Below, in pieces: positions 35,533 to 46,830 of a DNA stretch of 64,000 nt. Each line of letters begins with the position of its first letter. The stretch's first letter is position 1. A program made the position numbers and the translations under genes. The notes below the pieces were generated by a model. The model had not been told where the DNA came from. It saw only the letters and a program-made list of their open reading frames with translations, and did no database searches. The DNA comes from Lingula anatina (taxonomy: Eukaryota; Animalia; Brachiopoda): assembly GCA_051362555.1 (NCBI GenBank), contig CM120640.1, forward strand, positions 12,276,001 through 12,340,000, read 5' to 3'.

Positions 35533-36519
35533 AGTATTTTGAAGGAAATGTGCTCCTTCCATGATGGTTTGGATATATGTATTATTACTATTATTATTAT
35601 TATTTGAGTGAAGACATTCAAAGAGTTAATCTTTATTATGAATATTTAATATGCATATTTAAAAGTGGTCCAGGCTTTGTTTAAACTGTTTTCACATTAG
35701 GTTTGTTCTAAGGAATGTTGAGAGGTATTTTTCAAATATATAAGCTAGTATGAACTTCCCAGCAATCAACTCTTCCTTCCACAAAACACCTGTCTGTAAG
35801 ACTGATATGTCAAAAAGCATCTCATTAAAGCCACAAAATGCTTACAGAGAAGGAAAACCCAGAGGTTTTACACCTCCTCATTTCAATTTCCATTTCACAG
35901 CTTCAAATTGTTAAATGTCTTTACCTATTAAAAATACCTTCAAGTGTTCTTGACAGTCTACCCCAGTGTTTGAGTGAATATGTTAATTAATTAGTCTGCA
36001 CAACACTATGAGAAAGAAAAGGCAGCTGTGCACTTCACACCGTCACATGCTGCAGAATGCTTTGTGTCAAGAAAAGTTACAAATAGGAAATTGTTCTCTG
36101 TCATGATCAACATGTGAGAACCAGACACTTCTAAACCATTATGTCTAAAATGGTTGTGTTATAATAATTAGAGTGCACAATCATTGCTATCCAGAAGGGA
36201 ACTAGAACTACTCAGAGATATGCATGCAATAAACATGAACAAATGACCTTCATCAAAATGAGTTACCAATTGCATTACACAAAGAAACTTAGTAAAACCT
36301 GAACTGTCTGCAGATATCAACATCATTGCCTCCAAAATGAAGACCTCATGCAAGGACTATAATCCCAATACTTGCTTGAACTAGTGCTTAACTTCTCACT
36401 TATTCCTCACCTAAATAATACAGAGATATTAATGGAAAGCATGGGCTGTTATTCCCAACATAAAATCTGCCTTAACATAGGGCTCAGTAACGTTTCCCGA
36501 CCACGTGAGAAATACTTGC

Positions 36520-37272
36520 CTTTCTTTGTTCCTTCAAGATAAAGTTTTCATCTCCACACGTGTTCAAATTCTGGTCTATCAACTTTGGTACAAGACGGCT
36601 TCCACACTTCACTTCCAACAAAATGTCGGACAGTAACTCGATAACCTACTAAAATTATGCATGACGCAAATGACGTCTGCCCGCCAGAGTTATCCAATCA
36701 CAAAGCACAGGCCAATGCTCATTGCATAGCTAATAAGCGCTTTGTATTAGTCTTGGTCCGGGCCACCTGTTCCGCCCGGGCTTGTCCGACCAATGATTTC
36801 ACTGCATCAGTGCACGCCACACTAAAACCGCGAAAAGCCCATTTGGGATCTTGTGCGTCATCAAGACATGCGTAGCTAACACAAGGAGTGTTTATAATAT
36901 CCGGGACTTCGAAGAATGGCTGCGCCTTACAAAAAGGGATGAAGGGCCCGACCACCAGCATTGTGATAACTTCTGAACCAACGAAAGTCGGAAGCTCCGA
37001 AAACATTGCACTCTTTGAAAAGGGTTTTTTAAACATTTTTATGCACATGCACTGGCAGTGGAAGTTTTATCTCGATTCAAACAACCTACAAGCTCAATTA
37101 AACATAAGGTGGACTGTTTGTGCTGCTTGCGTGTTGTCCTTGAACTAAGCCTGAACTCATCCCCAATGAAAGCCGAGTTATAGGCACCTCCCTTTGTTTA
37201 CTATAATCCATTTTAAACGCTGCCGGATTTTGAGCGAGTTCATTATCTGTCGCTTCACAGCGGAAGTATAAG
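36520..37272. promoter_or_regulatory. CpG-rich bidirectional promoter with candidate non-coding first exons (ZnF gene on minus; a plus-strand transcript, possibly the SLC22 gene)
   Basis: CCAAT at 36694, 36712 and 36790; CRE-like TGACGCA/TGACGTC/TGCGTCA at 36662, 36671 and 36854; ETS CGGAAG at 36989 and 37261. Minus donor AAG|gcaagt after 36520; plus donor AAG|gtaagc after 37272. Confidence 0.6.
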
Positions 37273-38296
37273 GTAAGCTTCATATGTGTGTTAGCTTGAG
37301 CGAAAGTCCTTGGTCTTCACAGCAAGCGGTTTTTATCTGCTGTGCGCTTCTGCTGCGTGTTTATGGGAGAAATTGGAGACCTAAATCTTGGGGCTATTTG
37401 ATGTCTACCCATTTAACTTTGACTAACTGCATGACATTGGAATATTTGCATCAACGAAAGTAAAAAGAAAAAAAGGTCTTGATATTTTATAATAATTCGT
37501 AAGGTGAATAGTCCACATGTGTGGAAAACGTCTTTCAGCATCTGTTGAGTAAGGTCTCAGCTGATAGTGCATACCATTAGTGTGTAGTGCAGTGAGATAA
37601 TATAAGGATGTGTTTATAAGATAAGAACTGCTGAATCATCTGTGAAGCATTTACGATTCTTAAAACATTTGACAAACTTATCAAGGCTCAACACAGGTGA
37701 GGTTTTGTGGTATATTGTTTGTGAAGCAATATTCCACCATTTATTGACTCTGCAGCACTATAAATAAAGGGGTGAATCCCGGACTTGTTTCTGACAGGCT
37801 TCCAAATGACTATGAAATATGACTAGTCATGGCCAATTATAGACATTATAGATATGGTATTTCTTGTAATAATTAGATTGATCTTAGATTTAACCGATTG
37901 TCAAATTTTACTTTATCAAATGAAAATGAATTTGTAGTCTAGCTACTTTTTAAAGATTTAAAATAATTAAAGATACACTTTTGAATTTTTTATTTTTGGT
38001 TGATCTGTTGTAAGTTAGTATGCATATTACAATTCTGTCATGACTGCTGATCACACACTACAATGTCACCTTAATGACCATAATGACTATATTAATATAT
38101 ACTGGCCAAAGAAAGAAACACAATGTTTTGTTTAGAGCACAGTGCTTCAAAATGCCCAAACATGCACGTTAGTTTGGCCACTGTATTCAGTGTCAGAACA
38201 CCATCTCAGTTCTACAGTAGGGGACTGATACACTTGAGTGAATTCAGACAATGGCTAGCTTTAGGTTTGCATACATCTCATCTGCACACAGTTTAA

Positions 38297-38553
38297 TACT
38301 GGGTTCCCATACGTATATTGATCCAACAGGATCAATCCATCTCCAAGGGGTTTCTTGCTTAATTGCTTTCAGCTTAAGTGGTTAAGATGTCTGACATGCT
38401 TACTGAAGCTGCTAAACGTTAAGTAATTACCCCCTAGCAGCTTCAGCAGGCGTGGCAGACATCTAAGCTGCTTTAGTTGATAGCAGTTTAGCGAGAATGC
38501 CCTTGGAGATAGATTGATCCACAGTTAGTATGAAAGGGTCTGGGAATGGTCCC
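38297..38553 (-). mobile_element. MITE family A copy, reverse orientation
   Basis: tactgggttcccatac...gggtctgggaatggtccc is a reverse-complement homologue of the 39164 copy; flanks TAA/TAG. Confidence 0.85.
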
Positions 38554-39163
38554 TAGGACAAAAGTCTTGCATAAAAGAAAATTCAGTTGTCCAAAAGTGC
38601 ATAAGGTCTGGGTGAAAAATACATTTACAAGTGAACTTGCTATTCCATTTTACAAGTGTAAAACATTTGGAGTGTTATTAATATTAATCCCAAATGTCCC
38701 AAAGTTACTTTTGAGTCCTCTAAATTTATGGTTGAAGATGGTTTGAAGATTTAGACTGGAACTTTTTTCCCTATCAATGTGGTAAGTTGCCTAGCCAATA
38801 GGAGCAGTCAAATTGACGCCTACTCTCTTGTGACCTTGACTGTTACTATCATAGGAAAGTTGGAAGAGCACATGTAAGTAGTGCTAAGCAACCAAGTCCG
38901 TTCCTTCAAAAATCTCAAGGTCAAATAAGCCTTATTACTGGCAATTTAGGCCTCCCCATTGGTTAAAAGGTATAAATTGTTTCTACAGGATAGAGAGTTA
39001 TAATTTTTAACTGACAACCACGAAAAATTGGCACATTTAGTGCGGTAAGCAGTCTTCAATAATTATTATATTAGATTTTTTTAAACAAAATGTATAAACA
39101 TAAATTACACTCGCAGTTATGGAAATGGTTTAAAATGATATTGTGGGACACCTTATAGACTAA

Positions 39164-39419
39164 GAGACCATTCCCAAGCCCTATTGTATTAACTGTGGAT
39201 TGATCTCACTATCTCCCTATCTCATTAAATTGCAATTAACTTAAGCAGCTTACATGTCTGTCACACCTACTGAAGCTGCTAGGGAGTAATTAATTATCGT
39301 TTAGCAGCTTCAGTAGGTATGCCAGACATCTAAGCCGCTTAAGCTGAAAGCCATTTAACGAGAAACCCCTTGGAGGTGGATCAATCCTGTTAGATCGATC
39401 TAGGTATGGGAACCCAGTC
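39164..39419 (+). mobile_element. MITE family A copy
   Basis: gagaccattccc...tagatcgatctaggtatgggaacccagtc; left flank TAA. Confidence 0.85.
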
Positions 39420-40019
39420 AAAGACTGAATTCCATGCTGACGTCATGACATGGCTTCCTGATCTGGACAGGGGTCGTGCCCTTGGCCATTACCTTTGGCA
39501 AAGTGTTATAACTTATAGTTTGGGCAGGCATAATTGGCAGTTTCTAGGCAGAATTGATGGTGATTATGCCATTCATACATCAACCCCTAATCCTACGTGT
39601 GCTTCAGTAGGATAACGCCTATCTCCATACTGCCAGGAGAGCACAAGCAAACCAGAAGCAGGAGCAGGTCCAGACTTTTCTTCTTTAGGCCAGATATGTC
39701 CCCCCATTGCGCATGCCTGGAATGAAAGGGACAGATGACTTCATAACTGCTAGCCACAGCCTACCACGGTCATAGTGTTTGGAGCTGCACTGGCGAAAGG
39801 ATGGAGAAGGATGACGTATAAAACCATAGACATTACAAGACATACATTTTTTTTTTTTTTTGCTAGCATATATAGAAGTGTACAAGAAGACAAAAGCTCT
39901 GATGTGTACTGAAAATTGAAAAAGAATAGATACAGAAACCAAATCACCCTCAATCCAATTCACCCACCAAAAACATCCCAGGGTACATTGTTGTGGTATG
40001 TGTGTGTGTGTGTGTGTGT

Positions 40020-40803
40020 CAATGCACCTTGTCAACCAAAAACAATATAACAGTACTTAAAAGTGTTCAGACAAATCCGTACTTTGGAGTCATTCTCTCT
40101 TCTGACCTGAAATGGTCGATTCACATTAATAACTTGTGTAAAAAAGCCAGCAGTTCATTAGGATTCATTAGAAGGAACCTACACTTTAGCCCAGCACTCA
40201 CACGAAAGTAAGCATACATAGCCCTTGTCCATTCCACTTTGGAGTACGATGCCATCATATGGGACCCCTACTTACAATCGGATATGAACAAAATGGAATA
40301 AATTCATAGGAAGGCTGCACGTTTTATCACTGTGGATTATAAGTCACAGTCCCCAAATAGTGTTACCTCCATGTTAAAATCACTTGATCTCCCTCTGCTG
40401 CAGTACCGAGGAAGGAACTGCGGCTAACTTTTCTTTTCAAGGTGGTTGAGGGGTTGGTACCAGCAGTACCCTCTGATACTTATTTAATACCAGCTTCTGA
40501 CAAGCGTCATGTAAGGGCCAGATCATTCACTGACTTTGACACTGAAAACATTATAAATGGAATAAACAACAGTCGCTGTTACTGTTTGCAACACTGAAAT
40601 ACGCCAGTTAGAATTTTTTTTCTTTATCAGAACAGTCTTCAAGTGGAACAAACTGAGTGACCAACAAGTTACAGTACAAACTGCAGAAGGCTTCAGATTA
40701 GGCTTACAGTGTGACTAACTTGTAAGCTTCCCATGCGCTCCCTCTTCCTGTCTATCATATACCAGTAGTGGTCCTTTAGAGGTATATTGACAGATACAGA
40801 TAC
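40020..40803 (+). mobile_element. 5'-truncated LINE (CR1/L2-group) relic: RT C-terminus and 3' tail
   Basis: Translation YFGVILSSDLKWSIHINNLCKKASSSLGFIRRNL, then AYIALVHSTLEYDAIIWDPY...IHRKAARFI, with stops and frameshifts. Ends in a short (agatac)n tail and is preceded by (TG)n at 39999-40019. Confidence 0.8.
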
Positions 40804-41759
40804 TTCAGGATACTAAGCACTGCTCAAATTTTAAAATACTGTTGTGTTATAATTTCCACCTACATCACTGTGTAACACCAATTTTAAAATTTGTTGCCTA
40901 TGGGTGCATTTCTCAGGTTGCCTGTCAGTCAAGCTCAACAGTTGACAAGTCAAACCATGTATGCCATTGGCTATAACAAGCTGTTCACAAGCATATTCAG
41001 GTAGAGGATCAAATGCAATTAGGTACAGCAGCTACCTGACTTGCCTTTTGGAAACGTTACACTGTCCTTTGGAATATGTGTTTAGCTGAAAACTATATAA
41101 CTAGTGGAGGCATGCCAAGATATTCATGAAAAATTCTGACCAGTTTCCAAAAACCTGAGGACCCCTCCCCCTAATAGGATAGATGTCATGCATTTGCACG
41201 TGTCAAGGCAATTTCAATTTGTGTCAGGTATCCAGATCATATTACCAGCCATGTGATGGAAAAGCAATGTAATTCATATACACCAAAATGGCATTTAACT
41301 GGAATTTGGATTGCTATCAACCACTGTTGATCTCTTGTTCCTCAAAATGGTTTTTATAATAAAACCCACTTTCACCTGTAGGTACATAATTCAAACAGAC
41401 ATTTGTTATAGTTTACGATTTTCACTCTGGACAAAATCTTACCAAATGCATTCATCCACTCTGTAGTGGACCCAGGCTTTTACAACGGGGGTGGGGTTAC
41501 AAGGTTTAAAATATTTCACTCTTCTCTGGGGAAATATTAAGTATATCTTTCTACTCCTTCTTGGTTTCTATGGCCAAAAGAGTGGGATTACCCATATGCA
41601 TTGGTTCTCTCACTACAATCTCCTTCCACACAGGTTGTTTTTCTGTGTTGTTGCCTGTAGTTACACATACAAAGACAATCTTTAAGCAAACTAGAAATGG
41701 TGTACTTTCACCTCTTCTGAACTTCCCACCAAAGCTTGAGACCAAGATTAATTAATGGC

Positions 41760-42130
41760 ACTTAACTGTAAACAAATCACAAAGGTTTTTTGAAGAGGCA
41801 ACTCTAAAACTTGACACTACGTAGATCTGCTACAGAGACTGACATTTTGTCCTTTATCACAAGGACATTTCAGAGAACTGTCAATACAGGTGACACTGCT
41901 GGTGGTTTTGCAGTCATTACTTGACAGTCAGCACAGTTTTTTGAAGAGGATAGACATGAGACAACAAAGGCAGCCAGAGAGCATGTGCACAGAAAATAGT
42001 CCCTGCCTGCCATCCTAGACTTCCAGTGTCAGATGTGCCAGAGGCAAATGCAAGTCCAGAATTGGGCTATTTAGCCATATGAAGACTCACAAACACCTCT
42101 CAGAAAGTCCCCTCAAACTGTGGGACCACC
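41760..42130 (+). mobile_element. RTE-clade LINE 3' fragment
   Basis: Frameshifted FQCQMC..KCKSRIGLFSHMKTH at ~42020-42090, the C-terminal zinc-finger motif typical of RTE/BovB-like ORFs. Confidence 0.65.
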
Positions 42131-42204
42131 ACTAATAAAATAGGAGACAGTTTTACTGTTAAATATTGGGCACAAAGATGGAAAGAATCAGCTTGGTTTT
42201 TTCT

Positions 42205-42471
42205 CCTCGTGCCCCCCTTCAAAGCAGTGGGGGCAAACGGAATTGCTTTGCACATGCTACTAGGTCAGTCAGTCCATAACCAGACATTGGCCAACCGATA
42301 AATTGAGAACTATTTGGTAGGGAGATCATTCCTCACATTTAGATGACCCCCTTCCATTTAGAGGTCAGTAGGTCAAAGGTCAACATGACAGTAAAACTTT
42401 GTCTGACCAATTGATGCAGAACAACTATTTGACTTACTGGGGGTATCTGGGTTTTACAAACATCTCTTGTT
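42205..42471 (-). mobile_element. HINE/Helentron-like non-autonomous element
   Basis: The minus strand starts aacaagagatgtttgtaaaac...accccca, has an internal tgacctttgacc motif and a gactgactgac tract, and ends in a gccccc...gggggc hairpin. Confidence 0.6.
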
Positions 42472-43120
42472 TATTATTAAAGTAACACATAAGAAAGAAT
42501 GTTAAAAGGTGTTGTTATGACTGTATAACGTTATCATAAAAAATCATTCAAGTTTAGTCACTTAATGGATGGTTAATTAGATATTCAATAATAATTTATA
42601 AATAATAATGATTTATTGAGCACAAAGAAATGGTTTACATTTACAGGCTCTCTAACTAATACAAATATTAAAAGAATAATTTATATAGTAAACTATGCTC
42701 ATCCACGCAGAAATACACGCTTTTTAATTGCCCTGTTTATATACATATTATATTCTGTGCATGCTACAAACACCTTTTTCATCCTCTCGAGAAGGAAGTT
42801 GCATTGTGGAAAAGTGATTCCTTGTCATGTCGAATCACTAGTAGCGGTGCTTAAAGCTATGCCCCTGGTTATGTGCTGTGTGTCCCACTGCTACAATTAC
42901 AATAAGAGTCTGAGAGGTTGACACTTGGGGACTTTTAAAGTTCCCAATGGACCCGTCAGAATGAAAAATATGGGTTTACAACATTGGTAGAGCTGGAAAG
43001 TAAGGAAACTCTTGGGCTAAGAACAGGGCACCGTGTTTACATGGTATGCACAAATACAGGAAATTTTTATTTTTTTTCAAAAATCTCTCAAGATATCCCT
43101 CAAATAAGACATGAAAACAT

Positions 43121-43657
43121 AAATAATTGATACTACATGAACACATGATAGTAAATGAAATGATGTTGCCACACCTTGTATTAGACATGTGCCTGTCCAC
43201 AAACCAGTTAAAACTGTGTACATGTTTGCTGACTACTCTTAGACCCCATTCCCAGAGATTAGATCGATCCAAACTAGATCGACCTAACTCCCAGGGGGTT
43301 CACGCTAAATAGCTGTCAGCCGAGCGGGCACGAAAGTTAATTACCACCTTACAGCTTGTAGTAGGCGGGACGGACATTTAAGCCAGATTATCTGACAGTA
43401 ATCTAGTGAGACACCCCACGGGGATAGATCGATCTAAAATCTATGGGAATGCGCCCTTATTATAACAAATATAATGTGTCTCTTTCATACATAAATAAAA
43501 CAAATGATTGATACTACATGATCAGATGATAGTAAATGAAGTGATGTTGCCACAGCTTGTATTAGACATGTGCCTGTCCATAAACCAGACAAAACTGTGT
43601 AAGGGTTTGCTGACTACTTTTGTTTTATATCAAATATAATGTGTCTCTTTCATACAT
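43121..43657. repeat. Diverged ~160-bp tandem duplication; the first unit is interrupted by the MITE
   Basis: attgatactacatga...gctgactact...aaatataatgtgtctctttcatacat occurs twice (from 43121 and from 43502). Confidence 0.85.
43242..43456. mobile_element. MITE family A copy
   Basis: Highly similar to 7431-7633; TTA TSD at 43239-43241 and 43457-43459. Confidence 0.9.
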
Positions 43658-44871
43658 GCATATCTTCATGGCCGAAAGCATTTCAAAGAACTCTGAAGGC
43701 AAAGACCATCATCACTAAAGAAAGTGCAACCAAGGCTCGGTGATGTCAAGTTGTACAACACACTACATTTATACTGTGAAAGGAAACATTTATTTGCTTG
43801 ATTCAACAACCAAATAATTCTTCTTCTTTCCTGTAGTTGACGCATTTCTGTGCTTCAGCCACCTTTTTAATCATGGCACTGTGCATGCTACAAACACCTT
43901 TTTTTATACCAGCACCAGGTATGTCACCTTCACATAGCACTGCCTCGCTGTAAACAGAAGAGGACTACAGTGACCACTTCTCATTTCCGCAAAAGATGAA
44001 AATCATCTGTTGCTAGGACCCTGCAGGGATGGCGCTTGCAGATATGGGGAGATCGTTAGGGGATAAGGTGGCATTACTTTTAAGGGAGGTTGACCATATT
44101 TAGTTTACAGATCAGTTAGTCCAGGGATCATCTGTTGTGAAAGCCAATGGGACTGAATATGCAATAAAAGAAATTTCGGATAGGAATAGATTTTGTATTG
44201 ACTCTTAGTTTCTTTGTTTCAGTGATCAGCTAAGTTTTTTTCCTGTTTTAAAGAAGGTGAACGGTTTTCTAGAAAAAAAAGGTAAGTTACCTTAACTGGC
44301 CTTATACAAAGTTTCCATTAGTGACTTTGATTGTCCAGTTAATGACTTGGAACTGTAATTTAGTATTGGATTAAATCAATACTGACTCCAAGCATTGCCT
44401 TTTTGACTGAACTGTAAGTCTGGTCTTTCAACACTTTCATGTTAGAGAACGTATGCATATATATTAAATTTTGTGCGATTTGGTTGAAAGCCAACCAAGA
44501 GCTCACAAATTGTTGAGAATTGATAAAATGGGAATATTCAAATATCAATTCAAAGTCATAATTCAGTGATCTAAGATCAGTAACTAGTGACCCCAAGCCA
44601 TAAACTGCAATGATCTTTTAAGAGCCATGTTTTTGATTCTGTGTGAAATTCAGTTTAGTAGGTTAAATTTCATAGCACCTTTTCTGTTTTTGCCTTCAGT
44701 CATTTTTCAATACAGGCCCATGGAGACAGTTTAAGAAAAGAGCCAGAATGGCTAGAGTTAAAATTTTGCCCAAGCAAAGAAATGTCAAAACACATAAAAG
44801 TTTCTGTTAGCATTGTTAAAATGTGTCATTGTTGGCGTATATATTTTGAGATATATTTACCTTCCATGAGC

Positions 44872-44873
<2 letters not shown>

Positions 44874-44903
<30 letters not shown>
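44874..44903. repeat. (CA)n microsatellite
   Basis: Direct reading. Confidence 0.95.
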
Positions 44904-44906
<3 letters not shown>

Positions 44907-46204
44907 TTCTGGAATTGTAAATTAACTGGGCATAGAAATGTTTTGTATTTAAGACACTATGTAAGACACCATTTACTAGTAAATATAATCTCATACAATG
45001 TTCAACAATATGACACATTTTCTCAATTTAAAATTCCCCGTTGATTTATGCCATGTATTGTTCGTGTATTGATTAAGATGGAGAGAAAGACACTGCAGTT
45101 TACTCCTTTTTCTGCAATGATGTGAGACCATTTAGAAAGTTTTCTTTCAATAAAATGTCACATACATACAATGGCAATCTTTTTTTGCTTTGAAAGCGTA
45201 CAACAATGGAGGGAAGAAAACTGTAAGTTGTTCAATATCTTGTGGAATATTGTTTATCTTGCTATTTTGAATCAAAACAGTGCTTTCATTATTTGCACTA
45301 AGTACATTCAGAGCAAGTCTTATTTAATCTCTTATCACATATTTAACATGGGCTGGTATTTACTATTTTAAGTTGCAGAGGTGATCCCTTTGCCTAGTTA
45401 CTTCAGTTGGATTTTTTGGGTTCAAAATAGACATGTTCTGAATGCACCTGAGGACAGGAAATTGATGCTTTTCTGTATATTCTCCCTTTTTTTATTTCTT
45501 TTTGACTCTGGAGTGAAATGTGTCATGTTATCAGTTGATAGATTAAAGATTGGTGTGGTTTTGGATAGAATTGAGCAAATTTGGTTTCACTGTGGTAATT
45601 GCATGTTCATATATTTCTTGTGGTATAACCTCATACACTAACTTTATCAAGAAGAATTTTAGTTTTTGAAGAGTAATTATATAGTTTTTTTACATTACTT
45701 TCATTATTAGGTTTATTTCACTGCATGTGAGACCTCCAACCCTATTACAATAACTATTTGTGAATACACTTCATGAGATAATCCTGCTTGATCTATGTCT
45801 AATATTGGTTTTCTTCCTGTTTCTGCCTTTAGCAAATAATTCATAAATGTCATTTATGCTTTTTAACCTTTTAACTTCACCAGTTTATTAAATTTAAAGC
45901 ACTCTTCTGTCAAAAGACAGGCTGTGTTATGCTTCATTCTGTGTAAAGTCACGTCATCCATGAATTAGTTCCATACACCAATGCACACAATTCATGATGT
46001 AATATAATGGTACTTTGGAGTTTCTGGACTTATCAGCTTATGAACTTTGCTGATCGTGCTGGAAAAATATGAAAAAAATGTCCAATTGAGCATACTCTTA
46101 GATATAAGAACAAACAGAGCTTGCTGTAATTATAACTATAGTTACTTTACATGTCACAAGTGTGATTTTTTATAACCTTCACCATATAACTTTAACTAAG
46201 TCTA

Positions 46205-46830
46205 AGGTGATGAACCAATGTTCCAGTTGAAGATTGGGACTTTTCCTACTACGTCTTCGCAACCCTCTTCATCAAGATGAACCAAGACTTCTCTGTCCAG
46301 TTCTTTGTCACTGGCTAAAGTGGGATTGTGGTCTATGGGCTGTTATGTGTCTCTGACACTTTGCCCCAACTCGACAGAAAGTCTTTTGTATAATCTCATG
46401 ACATCAAAAGAGTGCCTATATTTCTTCTTTGTGTTTATCAAAAGCATCTTCATAAGGCTGTGTGCAGCAGGTCACCTTACTGCTGTGTCCGGTAATTTTT
46501 CTACTTTCCATATTTAAAATTCCTGCCCCCACTAATGCAAGTTCTAATTTGGTGGGAATAAACACCAATGAGAGGACCGATACCAGGGCCATAGATTGAT
46601 TTTTCACTAGATATTCACAGACATGTCTTTTGATAAATGGATGGTCATTTGGTTCTCTGTTCTTCTCTGGAAATGTGGAAAATGCGCCTATAATGTCTGC
46701 CACCACAGAGGGTAGAGGGCTACTATGTTTATTTTGATGGTTTGTTCATTCATCTTTGTTTCCTTGCATGTCTGTATCAGCCTGTTTCATGATTGTCCCA
46801 ACCCTTTGCTTAAATAAGGACTTTGTTGTG
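46205..46830 (-). mobile_element. Penelope-like retroelement 3' relic
   Basis: The minus strand has a decayed reading frame reminiscent of the GIY-YIG endonuclease C-terminus, followed by ttgatgaagagggttgcgaagacgt, which resembles the CTGATGA...GAAAC core found in Penelope pLTRs. Confidence 0.45.
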
